A DNA stretch of 63,673 nt, the filler included, from Gemmatimonadota bacterium (lineage in GTDB: Bacteria; 4572-55; J002): assembly GCA_003697105.1 (NCBI GenBank). It is 5 parts of 5 records of this genome, joined end to end, with 100 filler letters (N's around TTAATTAATTAA, not from the genome) between each part and the next. Parts side by side here need not be neighbours in the genome. Positions count along the whole stretch, not along the records: positions 1 to 22,896 come from RFFQ01000076.1; 4 more parts are not named here. The stretch is one strand, 5' to 3'. How positions within the stretch are numbered: the stretch's first letter is position 1; every line of letters begins with the position of its first letter. Position numbers and translations under genes: made by a program. Below the pieces are notes generated by a model that did no database searches, was not told the DNA's origin, and saw nothing but the letters and a program-made list of their open reading frames with translations. Below are positions 11,301 through 20,018 of the stretch, piece by piece.

Positions 11301-11712
11301 CCTTGTGTGGCGGTACGGTAGTGGTTTACCTTATACGCCTTCCGCGGAATTGTCCGGCGAGAATGTGGAAACCAAACGATTGAACGCGTATCGTCTTCCT
11401 TGGACGATGAGTACAGATTTGCGATTCAATAAGAATTTTACATATGCCGGTTTAGATTATGAATTTTTCCTCTGGGTCGAAAACTTATTTGACCGGAAGA
11501 ATGTCACCGGTGTCTATTCGTCAAGTGGAAAACCGGATTATAATGGTTCGCCGATTTTCAATGCGGATGGCGAGATCGTTGGTTATGAAGAAGAACCGGG
11601 CGGTTTCTATACGTTCAAAGACCCCGCCTACGGTGAAACCTCGTATTGGAGAAACCCAACCAATTATGATCCCGGCCGGCGGGTGCAAGCGGGTTTCCGT
11701 GTTCAATTTTAA
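8395..11712 (+). CDS. TonB-dependent receptor with N-terminal carboxypeptidase-regulatory-like domain and Asp-rich inserts
   Basis: GKITGRVID N-domain; FRGGR...YNVDG plug; GGFPAEFGNAQSAVVNVVTKEG; GNPQLGPEKT; ENLFD; C-terminal Phe. Confidence 0.93.
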   Translation: MRTKSLLFVLVVSVALIFVSTPIVFAQTGKITGRVIDKDTGEPLWGANVTVVGTGKGAMVNEDGLYTIFIRPGTYDVQVSFIGYSPQTKTGVLVKLDLTTELNFEMSQGAIDLDIVIDVSGQRDMIQKDITSSESRIGAEEITNMPVANFQDILALTAGAKEDASGDLHFRGGRTGEVLYNVDGMSVRDVQSNDAGLQPSNNAIAEVVVISGGFPAEFGNAQSAVVNVVTKEGSVKRYTGGLEYRTDDFGNPNADYSWNSDVVNFNFGGPEPLTQQILPSLGFDLPGDVTFFLSGEGQFTNGYVEYDNYPYASQNIFGIDFTDRRQNFFNLSSKLAYQITPKHKLTYSYNSQRQKYYGFDRPWNWISYLQENGDGVDGNAGGLSGGVGGTTIFGPTLGYPRDNDGEDDDGNPNTPARADGIDNDGDGLIDEGIDEELPNGIDDDGDWVPFSDWNGNGVLDYVDYNGNGIFDNGIDRQLEPLNSDWNGNGVPDYDWDGYGTAYENRVLYDANSDQDMFWDPEPGIDEDLNSYYMFDPYTGEQYNPTIHNNYVHTNSNLHTLEWSHTLSSNTFYKIRASRFNKVTWSDTQGKEPWQYVARQPFSSSEGYRFAGDDLFWTRDGQTTYTFKADITSQVVPKYHQMKSGIEIEYFDIWDNQIQYPYDYHFGQEDPGAPYQYWGNYRYFWHVYSWAGAAYVQDKMEFEGMIVNVGIRYDFWDVGKQAARETTARDVDGDGRQDSAYDFDGDGIDDPIYALDRNLDGEVSFSERIHDQISPRIGISHPITDKDKLFFSYGHFSQRPKMRQVYTKPSNTGDIPLRGNPQLGPEKTVLYELGVEHAFNDRVLMKITGFYKDITDLVNTQQVIVPPFTYSEYVNSAYGGVRGFELSFTKRYSNYTAGFFNYTYSIASGNASSDRQGYDFQNRGVELPLSESALDWDERHTITTNFDFRVPKDEPPTVFGVTLPDDWGMNLVWRYGSGLPYTPSAELSGENVETKRLNAYRLPWTMSTDLRFNKNFTYAGLDYEFFLWVENLFDRKNVTGVYSSSGKPDYNGSPIFNADGEIVGYEEEPGGFYTFKDPAYGETSYWRNPTNYDPGRRVQAGFRVQF

Positions 11713-11807
11713 GTATGCAAATTAAAAACGGCGAACGCACGTAACCTCGCTAACGTGCGTTTTGCCGGTTTAACTATTTAGGACCTTTTTATGAGGAGGG
11801 TTGTACG

Positions 11808-12602
11808 TTGGAACTCTTAGATCTTTTCATTTCTCCGGCTTTTGCAGATACAATGCAGGCAATCGCAGATACGGCGGACACGATGATGCAAGCGGCGCCA
11901 CCCCCACCGCCACCCCCACCTATGCCGGTGGAAGAACCAAATTTCCTTGCCAATTTCATCGCAGGTTTTGTCACCAAGTTCAAACAAGGCGGCCCGATGA
12001 TGTGGGTCTTGCTGGTTTTTTCCATTTTTGGTTTGGCCGTGATTGTGGCAAAATTCATCTCATTGGCTTTGGCAAAGAAAAATGCAAAGAAGTTTATGGC
12101 TGAGGTGGTCGATAAACTTCACAATGACGATGTTGATGGTGCGCTTGAGTATTGCCAACGTACCCGAGGTCCTGTGGCGTCGATTGTTGCGGCAGGTCTG
12201 GATAAATATAAACGGGGTGCCAGTTCCGAACTCGTTGAAAAAGCAATAGAACGCGCGGGTGTGATCGAGTTATCAATTTTGGAACGGGGTTTAGTTTGGA
12301 TTTCTACGGTCGCTAACGTGGCGCCGGTTGTCGGTTTCTTGGGAACGGTGACCGGGATGATCAACGCCTTTAATGCGATTGCCGCGGCAGGTGAAATTGA
12401 TCCCAGTGTCGTGGCAAGTGGTATCTCGGAAGCGCTTATTACGACGGCAAGTGGTCTGATCATCGCTTTCCCGACCCAAACCGTACATAACTATTTTGCG
12501 ACTCAGATTGATAAGTTCATTGTGGATATGGAAGATAGTGCGGCTAAATTAATGGATGCTCTGGAAGTTCTCAATGTGAAAAAGGAAAATGGCAACGCCT
12601 AA
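11808..12602 (+). CDS. exbB: MotA/TolQ/ExbB proton channel protein
   Basis: APVVGFLGTVTGMI...GISEALITTASGL; TTG start after GAGGAGG. Confidence 0.92.
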   Translation: MELLDLFISPAFADTMQAIADTADTMMQAAPPPPPPPPMPVEEPNFLANFIAGFVTKFKQGGPMMWVLLVFSIFGLAVIVAKFISLALAKKNAKKFMAEVVDKLHNDDVDGALEYCQRTRGPVASIVAAGLDKYKRGASSELVEKAIERAGVIELSILERGLVWISTVANVAPVVGFLGTVTGMINAFNAIAAAGEIDPSVVASGISEALITTASGLIIAFPTQTVHNYFATQIDKFIVDMEDSAAKLMDALEVLNVKKENGNA

Positions 12603-12640
12603 ACCCGACGTTTCGTCGATTATTATCAGGAGATTCTCTC

Positions 12641-13078
12641 ATGAATAAAATGAATCGCCGTTCTAAGGTTAGTGGGGAAATCCCAAGTTCTGCAATGGGA
12701 GATATTGCCTTCTTGTTGCTGGTTTTCTTTTTGGTGACTACGGCTTTCAGTACGGAAAAAGGGTTGCAATTGCAATTACCGGAACTTGCCCAAGACCAAC
12801 CGGAAACAAAAGTCAAAGTGAAATCAAAAGACATGTTGAAGGTGGAAGTTCAAGCCAACGGCGCTATTTTGGTTGGGTTTGGCACCAATCGCCAACCCCT
12901 GCCCTTGGATATGCTCTCGGCACGGGTGCGGGCAGAATTGGATGACAATCCAGAAAAGCTAATTGTTCAAGTTAAATTGGATGATGACGCCCGGTATGAC
13001 TTCATGATTCAAGTTCTGGACGAATTGAAAAAAGCGCGAGCACCACGTATTCACATTGTTAATCCATTGCGATCCTAA
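12641..13078 (+). CDS. exbD: ExbD/TolR family protein
   Basis: MGDIAFLLLVFF transmembrane helix with the conserved Asp. Confidence 0.9.
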   Translation: MNKMNRRSKVSGEIPSSAMGDIAFLLLVFFLVTTAFSTEKGLQLQLPELAQDQPETKVKVKSKDMLKVEVQANGAILVGFGTNRQPLPLDMLSARVRAELDDNPEKLIVQVKLDDDARYDFMIQVLDELKKARAPRIHIVNPLRS

Positions 13079-13096
13079 GTCAAGAAAGGGAGTATT

Positions 13097-13504
13097 ATGG
13101 CATTTGGTCGTCGTGCAAAAGTTGATAGTTCAATTCCCTCGTCCGCAATGGGCGATATTGCCTTCCTGCTGTTGATCTTTTTTATGGTAAGCACGGTTTT
13201 TGATACCGAGAAAGGGTTGCCTATTCAAGAACCTCGTGCAGAAGAGGCAAAAAAGGTTCCGAAAAGCGGCGTGATGCATATTTGGATGGATGCTCGCGGT
13301 ACCGTTGTTATCGATGATATGCGGTATAATATGGATGTCGTGCATCAGGCAATGCAACTGAAAATGGCGGCAGACCCAAGTTTGATTGCGTCTCTGAAAG
13401 TTGATAAAGATGCGCCGTACCGCAATGTCTCCGATTTGATGATTGAGTTGCGAAAAGCAAGAGCGTTGCGAGTAAACTTCTCAACACGCCCGGATAAGCG
13501 TTAA
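13097..13504 (+). CDS. exbD: ExbD/TolR family protein (second copy)
   Basis: MGDIAFLLLIFF; LKVDKDAPY. Confidence 0.9.
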   Translation: MAFGRRAKVDSSIPSSAMGDIAFLLLIFFMVSTVFDTEKGLPIQEPRAEEAKKVPKSGVMHIWMDARGTVVIDDMRYNMDVVHQAMQLKMAADPSLIASLKVDKDAPYRNVSDLMIELRKARALRVNFSTRPDKR

Positions 13505-13525
13505 TTTCTTTGGAGGAGACTTTTC

Positions 13526-14179
13526 ATGGTTACGAAAACTATACCTGATGTGATCGATGTTTATCCTTTAGTGATGAAATTGGGAGTGTTGATCGCATTG
13601 CTGGTTCATTTGGTTATTTTTGTGACGTTTACTAACCACGTGCCGGTATTGTATGAGCCGCAAAAGGAATTTATTCCGGAAGCCGTCAATATTGATGTGG
13701 CAATCACGGCGGAAGTGCCCCCTCCTCCGAAAATTGAACGTCCCGCGGTACCGGTTGAGGTGAGTAATGATGAGGCGATAGATGAAGATGTGACCATTAT
13801 GAGTACTGAATTTGACTTTTTCGCACCTCCTCCGCCTCCACCCCCACCCGGTGGAAATGAAGAGCCTCCTCCCGTAGAAGACGAAATTTTTGTAGCATTT
13901 GATAGTCCACCCCAACCGGTACGGCTGGTCAAGCCAGAGTATCCTGAAATCGCCCGGAAATCCGGTTTGGAAGGGATGGTGTTGCTGGAGGTTGTGGTGG
14001 AAAAAGATGGTACCGTCAGTGATGCGAAAGTGCTTCGTTCGCTTCAACCCGGTCCTGGGGGATGTGATGAAGCGGCAATTGCGGCCGCCTTGAAATCCGT
14101 TTTTACACCTGCTAAACAACGGGATAAACCGGTGCGTGTAAAAATTACTTTGCCATTCCGTTTTACATTGAATGAATAA
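13526..14179 (+). CDS. tonB: Energy transducer TonB
   Basis: N-terminal TM anchor, Pro-rich linker, PEYPEIARKSGLEGMVLL...FTPAKQ C-terminal domain. Confidence 0.92.
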   Translation: MVTKTIPDVIDVYPLVMKLGVLIALLVHLVIFVTFTNHVPVLYEPQKEFIPEAVNIDVAITAEVPPPPKIERPAVPVEVSNDEAIDEDVTIMSTEFDFFAPPPPPPPPGGNEEPPPVEDEIFVAFDSPPQPVRLVKPEYPEIARKSGLEGMVLLEVVVEKDGTVSDAKVLRSLQPGPGGCDEAAIAAALKSVFTPAKQRDKPVRVKITLPFRFTLNE

Positions 14180-14298
14180 TTAAATGATAATAATTGGATG
14201 ATCGTAACGGTACGAAAACGTTGTTCGTTCGTGTTGCGTTGGTTTGTGATAGTGAATGTAACTTTGGTTTTGAAAGACCTTGATGAGGAGGTGCGTAC

Positions 14299-17127
14299 AT
14301 GCGCTTAAAGCTAGTGAGTTTTGCTCTATTGCTAGTCTTTGCTGTGGCTACTCTGGCCGGAGCTAATACCGCCCCTAAGCAAGAGGATGTGAATCTGAGC
14401 AGTCGATTCCCGCTAATCCCTCTGGCGAGTGACCCGGTATTAGACTACCAATATCATGATGTGGGTAAAGTATGGTTGACGGTGAGCAACTGGGGGTTTA
14501 TTGGGAATCCAGACCATTCTAACATGCCCACATATCCCTCTGCCATGTATCCCGGAGGCTCGAATATTGACTTTTTGTTCCAAGGTGCGGTTTGGTTCGG
14601 CGCCATTGTGGGAAGTTCGACCGACCCGGATACGATTACAACTGTCGGCGTTGATGGTTGGTTAAATGATAATGAAAATGATATGTTCCCGGGGACCCAA
14701 CCCTGGGATACCCTTTTTGTTCGGGGATTGAATGAGTCCGGTATGCGTGGCATTGATGATGATGGTGATTGGAGTGCGTATCCTGAAAATGACATTAATA
14801 AAAATGGTGCCGCCGACGCCGATTTCGACGGTATTCCGGTTGACGTCTTTTTAAATCGAGGCTTTTCAGAAGAGAAAGCCTGCCAAAATGCCGATGATGA
14901 CGGGGACGGCCAATGCGATGAGGAAACGCTGGATGGCCGGGATAACGACGGAGATGGCTTGGTCGATGAAGATTGTGCCGGGGGGGATGCCAACGGCGAC
15001 GGAAACCCCGGTTACGACCCTGAAGGACATTTTTATACCGGTGATATTAAAGGACATGCTGCAGAAACCTATGATGAAGAACTGTTTTCTTTTGGTAATC
15101 CATGGGAAAATCGGTCGTATTCGTATTTAGCCGCATTTGATGAAGACCCGAAAGGCGATCCGTACCGCCGCCGGGTCGGCGCAAGTTCTGACCCCAACTA
15201 CAATTGGACGGAACCTTACGACGATGACCAAGATGGCTGGATCGATGAAGACGGGGAAGCCATCGGAGAACAAGATTTTGTGGGTTCGTATAGTGATATT
15301 CATGATGTGTCTGTCTCAGATTTGTACCCCTTGGGGATCACGATCACGCAAAAAAGCTATGCTTGGAGCTATTCCTACAGCGATGACTATGTGTTGGTGG
15401 ATTACGTCATTGAAAATACAGGCGGCTTACCCCCGGGTGGCGCTGTTGATGCGGATGGATTTTACCGGCTGAAGGATTGCTGGCTTGGAATGTACATCGA
15501 TGGCGATGTGGGTCCAAATTGGAATACCGCTTATAGTGGAATTGCTCAAGATGACTTAACCGGTTTTATTATGGAAGACCCTAATTTTAATGGAACGGAT
15601 GATAATGGGAATCCGATCTATCAAAATCTATTTTTAGGCTACATTTTTGATGGACCCAATAACTATGAGAATCATGGCGATAACGCTATTTGGGATGGGT
15701 TTTTAGGGGTTCGAGTGGTGGATGTGTATAAAACCACCTTGGATTTTACGGACCCCGATAATCCGAAATATGTACGGCAAGTGGATCCCAATACCGGTAA
15801 GCCCTTTTCTATCAATGATCTGGATTTCTCTTTCAATTGGTGGTTGTCGGATTCTAATAATGCGGTTTTAGATGAAACACCGATGGGAGATGCCCCGAAA
15901 TATGCTCGGATGTCGAATCTTCAAGATGATTATCATGCCGTTGCAAACACTGCGGCACGTCGAACAGGCGAGCTTGATTACAAAGACCCCACTACTTTTG
16001 GAACCGCGAGTCAAAATGATTTAACCAACTGGCCCCAGCCGACTCGGGAAGCCGCTATTGCCCGAGGTATCACTGACCTTCCGCCCGCGGGCCCACGGCG
16101 GGTAGATGACCCCGGTACGGAAGATACTCGTTTCTTGGTCTCTTATGGCGGGGGTCCGTTCACAGAGCTCAATCCCCGAGAACGGTTACATATTACGGTT
16201 GGGGTGATTATGGGCTTTACCTTCAAAAATCTGTTGCAAAATGCTTATTGGGCAAAAACGGTTTATGATAACTACTACAAAGGTCCAACACCGCCACCGT
16301 CTCCAAACCTCACCGTGGAACCGTACGGGGATGGCCGGGTAAAACTGACTTGGGATAACAGCCCAGAATCAACCGTTGACCCGATTAGTGGTCAACGTGA
16401 CTTTGAGGGCTATCGAGTCTGGCGCAGCCGAAGCCGTATTCTGGATAGCTTCCAGATGATTGCTGAATTTGATATTATTGATGGGGACTCCGGTGTCGAA
16501 GGTGACCTCCGGTTTGATGTCGGTTTACCGGGTGAAAATCCAGACCATTTTGCATGTCAAGCATTTGCAACCGATAGCGGGTATGTCTTTATCGACCGGA
16601 ATGTGACGGAAAACTTCACCTATTTTTATGCGGTGACTTCTTTTGACCGGGGCGAACCGGCAAATGGTGTGGCGTCCTTGGAAAGCAGTATCAACAACAA
16701 TATGACACTGATCGTACCGTCAACTCCTGCTGGTAAAAAATTGGTTGCTGTTAATGATGATTGCGAAGAGACCAAACCGGTTGCCAATGGGTATTCGTTG
16801 GATGATATTCTTGTGATTCCAAATCCGTATCGTGGCGATAGGGATTATAGTTCTTATGATTATTCCGGTTGGGAAGATGCACGTTCGGAATATAGCCGTG
16901 TGATCGCCTTCACGAATCTTCCGGATGGTGATGTTACGATTCGAATTTATACGGTTGCCGGTGATTTGGTTCAAACCTTGACCGAAACCTTATCACCGAC
17001 CGGTACGAGTACGATTTACTGGGATATGCTCACGCGAAGTCAACAACGCATCGTGAGTGGGGTATATATCTACTCGGTGGAATCGAAATACGGCACCAAA
17101 GTTGGTAAATTTGCGGTGATTCGCTAA
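14299..17127 (+). CDS. Large secreted protein with Asp-rich repeats, Fn3-like domain and T9SS-like C-terminal domain
   Basis: Signal peptide; DxDGDG repeats; VKLTWD...DFEGYRVWRS...YFYAVTSFD Fn3-like region; VIPNPY...SGVYIY...KFAVIR. Confidence 0.75.
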   Translation: MRLKLVSFALLLVFAVATLAGANTAPKQEDVNLSSRFPLIPLASDPVLDYQYHDVGKVWLTVSNWGFIGNPDHSNMPTYPSAMYPGGSNIDFLFQGAVWFGAIVGSSTDPDTITTVGVDGWLNDNENDMFPGTQPWDTLFVRGLNESGMRGIDDDGDWSAYPENDINKNGAADADFDGIPVDVFLNRGFSEEKACQNADDDGDGQCDEETLDGRDNDGDGLVDEDCAGGDANGDGNPGYDPEGHFYTGDIKGHAAETYDEELFSFGNPWENRSYSYLAAFDEDPKGDPYRRRVGASSDPNYNWTEPYDDDQDGWIDEDGEAIGEQDFVGSYSDIHDVSVSDLYPLGITITQKSYAWSYSYSDDYVLVDYVIENTGGLPPGGAVDADGFYRLKDCWLGMYIDGDVGPNWNTAYSGIAQDDLTGFIMEDPNFNGTDDNGNPIYQNLFLGYIFDGPNNYENHGDNAIWDGFLGVRVVDVYKTTLDFTDPDNPKYVRQVDPNTGKPFSINDLDFSFNWWLSDSNNAVLDETPMGDAPKYARMSNLQDDYHAVANTAARRTGELDYKDPTTFGTASQNDLTNWPQPTREAAIARGITDLPPAGPRRVDDPGTEDTRFLVSYGGGPFTELNPRERLHITVGVIMGFTFKNLLQNAYWAKTVYDNYYKGPTPPPSPNLTVEPYGDGRVKLTWDNSPESTVDPISGQRDFEGYRVWRSRSRILDSFQMIAEFDIIDGDSGVEGDLRFDVGLPGENPDHFACQAFATDSGYVFIDRNVTENFTYFYAVTSFDRGEPANGVASLESSINNNMTLIVPSTPAGKKLVAVNDDCEETKPVANGYSLDDILVIPNPYRGDRDYSSYDYSGWEDARSEYSRVIAFTNLPDGDVTIRIYTVAGDLVQTLTETLSPTGTSTIYWDMLTRSQQRIVSGVYIYSVESKYGTKVGKFAVIR

Positions 17128-17146
17128 GAAAGGAAGGTGATGACAC

Positions 17147-18094
17147 ATGAAAAAAGGAATAATGCTACTCAGCCTGCTGTTGACCCTCATGTTTCTCTTC
17201 CCGACATCCGCTCTCGCGTTGGATAAAGTCGCTCAGTCCGGCGTTCAGTTTTTGAAGATTGGTGTCGGTGCCCGTGCCGTGGGGATGGGAGAAGCATTTG
17301 TGGCTGTCGCGGATGACCCAACGGCACTGTATTGGAATCCGGCGGGTTTAGTCAACGTTGAAGGAAAAGCGTTTACGGTAAGTTATAACAAGTGGATTGC
17401 AGAAACCACGCATTCCTTTGTGGGGTATGCTCAATACTTTCCCGGCTTAGGGACTTTTGGTATCAGCTTTGTGAATTTCTCTGTTGGGGAAATTGATGAA
17501 ACCGAGCCCGGTATCGGTCTGACCGGTCGAACCTATGGGGCGAGTGATTTTATGGCGGGTCTTTCTTACTCGCGCCGGTTAACAGACAAATTCTCCGTCG
17601 GTGGGACCCTCAAAATGATCAATTCGTATATCGCGGATGAATCGGCGGCTGGTTGGGCGGCGGATGTCGGTACGTTGTATGATACCGGTTTCCGTACTAT
17701 CCGGCTGGGAATGGTGATTCAGAACTTTGGTGGGGATATTAAATATATCGGGGAAGATACGCCGTTACCCATTACGTTCAAAGCTGGCGTCGCGATGGAT
17801 TTGCTGAATCGGGATGCCCATGCGGTTACCGGTTCCATTGAAATGCGTCACCCCAATGACAATGCTGAAACCGTGCAAATGGGGGGTGAATATTGGTTCA
17901 ATAATATGGTTGCAACCCGCTTAGGTTACCGATATAATTACGATGCGGGAGGTCTGACCGCCGGTTTTGGCGTGAGATTAGACATCGGCGGTTCCCAATT
18001 TGAATTGGATTATTCCTATACCGATATGGGTGAGTATCTCGGACCCAATTTTGGAGATAATCCGCAGCGGATTGGAGCTACTCTGAAATTCTAA
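17147..18094 (+). CDS. PorV/PorQ (UPF0164)-like outer-membrane beta-barrel
   Basis: FLKIGVGARAVGMGEAFVAVADDPTALYWNPAGL; signal peptide; C-terminal Phe. Confidence 0.85.
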   Translation: MKKGIMLLSLLLTLMFLFPTSALALDKVAQSGVQFLKIGVGARAVGMGEAFVAVADDPTALYWNPAGLVNVEGKAFTVSYNKWIAETTHSFVGYAQYFPGLGTFGISFVNFSVGEIDETEPGIGLTGRTYGASDFMAGLSYSRRLTDKFSVGGTLKMINSYIADESAAGWAADVGTLYDTGFRTIRLGMVIQNFGGDIKYIGEDTPLPITFKAGVAMDLLNRDAHAVTGSIEMRHPNDNAETVQMGGEYWFNNMVATRLGYRYNYDAGGLTAGFGVRLDIGGSQFELDYSYTDMGEYLGPNFGDNPQRIGATLKF

Positions 18095-18120
18095 GGTCGT
18101 TATCGACTTTTACGCCCTAT

Positions 18121-18156
18121 GAAAACCCGGATCCACACTGGATTCGGGTTTTCTTT
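18121..18156 (+). terminator. Rho-independent terminator closing the TBDR operon
   Basis: GAAAACCCGGATCC/GGATTCGGGTTTTC stem plus Ts. Confidence 0.75.
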
Positions 18157-18174
18157 ATCCCCATTTGGAGACAT

Positions 18175-19875
18175 TTGATGATTTTAGGGTTTTCCTCGTT
18201 TTGGCATGATTCTGCCGCCGCACTGATTGATGATTCGGGACAGTTGGTTGCCGCTATCGAAGAAGAACGCTTGAGCCGCATCAAACATGATGGCGCCTTT
18301 CCGGTAAAGGCTATCCAGTTTTGCCTTGATTTTGCCGGTATTCAAGAATCTGATCTGGATGCGGTGAGTTATTACCGCTTACCTCGCTTAAATGTTCACC
18401 ACCAACTCGTACATTTTCTACGATGCTTTCCGCGTTCTCTTCAGTCCCTCCGGGATCAATCGGAATGGATCTCTGAATGGCGGAAAATGCTACGAGTTCG
18501 GTCCAACCTTAAACGCCATTTTCCCGTTTTGGCTCACCAACCATTTATACCGGTTGACCATCCGACGGCTCACGCCGCTAGCGCCTTTTTTCCATCTCCC
18601 TTTACGGAGGCGGTGGTTCTGGTTCATGATGCCATGGGAGAGTGGGCTGCAACGACCGTTTTTGAGGGACGTCATGGAAACCTAACCCGCTTGCTTCAAA
18701 TTAATTTTCCACATTCCTTAGGTGTGTTTTACCAAACACTTACCATGTTTTTGGGATTTAACATCCGAAATGATGAATATAAAGTTATGGGATTATCCGC
18801 ATATGGAAAACCGCGTTATTTAGATACGTTTCAGGAGATGATCCGGCTAACCGGTGAACCGGGATACCGTTTAAACCTTCGGTTTTTTCAATTTCAGTAC
18901 GGTACAAAACCTTATTGGTCACCGCTATTAGAAGAAAAATTAGGACCCCCCCGTCTTCCGGGAGAAGAATTGACTGAACGTCATGCCGATATTGCCTGTA
19001 GCCTCCAAACCCGTTTGCAGGAAGTGGTGTTACATTTGGTGACCGCTATTTTTTCCCGGACAAAAACCCGGAATCTCTGTATTGCCGGTGGAGTAGGATT
19101 GAATAGTGTGCTAAATGGGGTCTTGCTTGAAAAATCGCCGGTCAGCCATCTCTACGTTCCGTCTGTGGCGGGTGATGCGGGGGCTTCTTGGGGTTCTGCT
19201 TTGATGGCACACCGCCGGTTGCAAAAATGCACATCGTTCCGCCCAGTTTATCGCGCCGATTGGGGACCCTCGTTTTCAGATGAGGCGATTGAGCGTATTC
19301 TTCAAGAACGCCACATCTCCTATCAGCGTGTGGAACATGTGCCTCGATTTTGTGCGTCCAAATTAGCAGAGGGATGGACCCTTGGATGGTTTCAGGGTCG
19401 GATGGAATGGGGACCTCGTGCGCTGGGTCAACGCAGTATCTTAGCCGACCCGCGTCGTGCCGAAATGAAAGACATCATCAATAAAAAGGTAAAAGGACGT
19501 GAACCGTTCCGCCCATTTGCCCCGTCCGTGTTGGAATCCCATTTTGCCGACTATTTTATCGCCCCCAATGCGGATCCCTTCCCCTTTATGACGACAGTCT
19601 TCCGGGTTAAACCCGAAAAACAATCGGAAATTCCGGCGGTGGTTCATGTAGATGGTACGGCACGGGTGCAAACTGTATCTGCGAATCTCCAACCTCTCTA
19701 TGCCGGTTTGATTCATGAATTTTACCAACTCACAGGCGTTCCGCTTATTTTAAATACCTCGTTTAATGATAACGGCGTCCCCATCGTATGTACCCCTCAG
19801 GAGGCACTGGACGTGTTCCAACGCACCGGTTTAGATGGGCTAATGATTGGTGCGTTTTGGATTGCAAAACCCTGA
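18175..19875 (+). CDS. NodU/CmcH/TobZ-family O-carbamoyltransferase
   Basis: HDSAAAL, EEERLSRIKH, EYKVMGLSAYG, GPRALGQRSILADP, REPFRPFAPS, NTSFN. Confidence 0.93.
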   Translation: MMILGFSSFWHDSAAALIDDSGQLVAAIEEERLSRIKHDGAFPVKAIQFCLDFAGIQESDLDAVSYYRLPRLNVHHQLVHFLRCFPRSLQSLRDQSEWISEWRKMLRVRSNLKRHFPVLAHQPFIPVDHPTAHAASAFFPSPFTEAVVLVHDAMGEWAATTVFEGRHGNLTRLLQINFPHSLGVFYQTLTMFLGFNIRNDEYKVMGLSAYGKPRYLDTFQEMIRLTGEPGYRLNLRFFQFQYGTKPYWSPLLEEKLGPPRLPGEELTERHADIACSLQTRLQEVVLHLVTAIFSRTKTRNLCIAGGVGLNSVLNGVLLEKSPVSHLYVPSVAGDAGASWGSALMAHRRLQKCTSFRPVYRADWGPSFSDEAIERILQERHISYQRVEHVPRFCASKLAEGWTLGWFQGRMEWGPRALGQRSILADPRRAEMKDIINKKVKGREPFRPFAPSVLESHFADYFIAPNADPFPFMTTVFRVKPEKQSEIPAVVHVDGTARVQTVSANLQPLYAGLIHEFYQLTGVPLILNTSFNDNGVPIVCTPQEALDVFQRTGLDGLMIGAFWIAKP

Positions 19876-19905
19876 TTTTACCCCATCTACCCTAAACAAA
19901 ACTGC

Positions 19906-19934
19906 TTGACAAGCCGAAATCGATCTGGTATACT
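19906..19934 (+). promoter_or_regulatory. sigma70-type promoter
   Basis: TTGACA-N17-TATACT. Confidence 0.8.
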
Positions 19935-20018
19935 GATTCCTGCTTTTTCAAACCGGTTGTGGTTTGAACGCTTCTTTAATCCGTTATTTCATTCATCTTA
20001 TTCAAGGAGGTTACCCTC

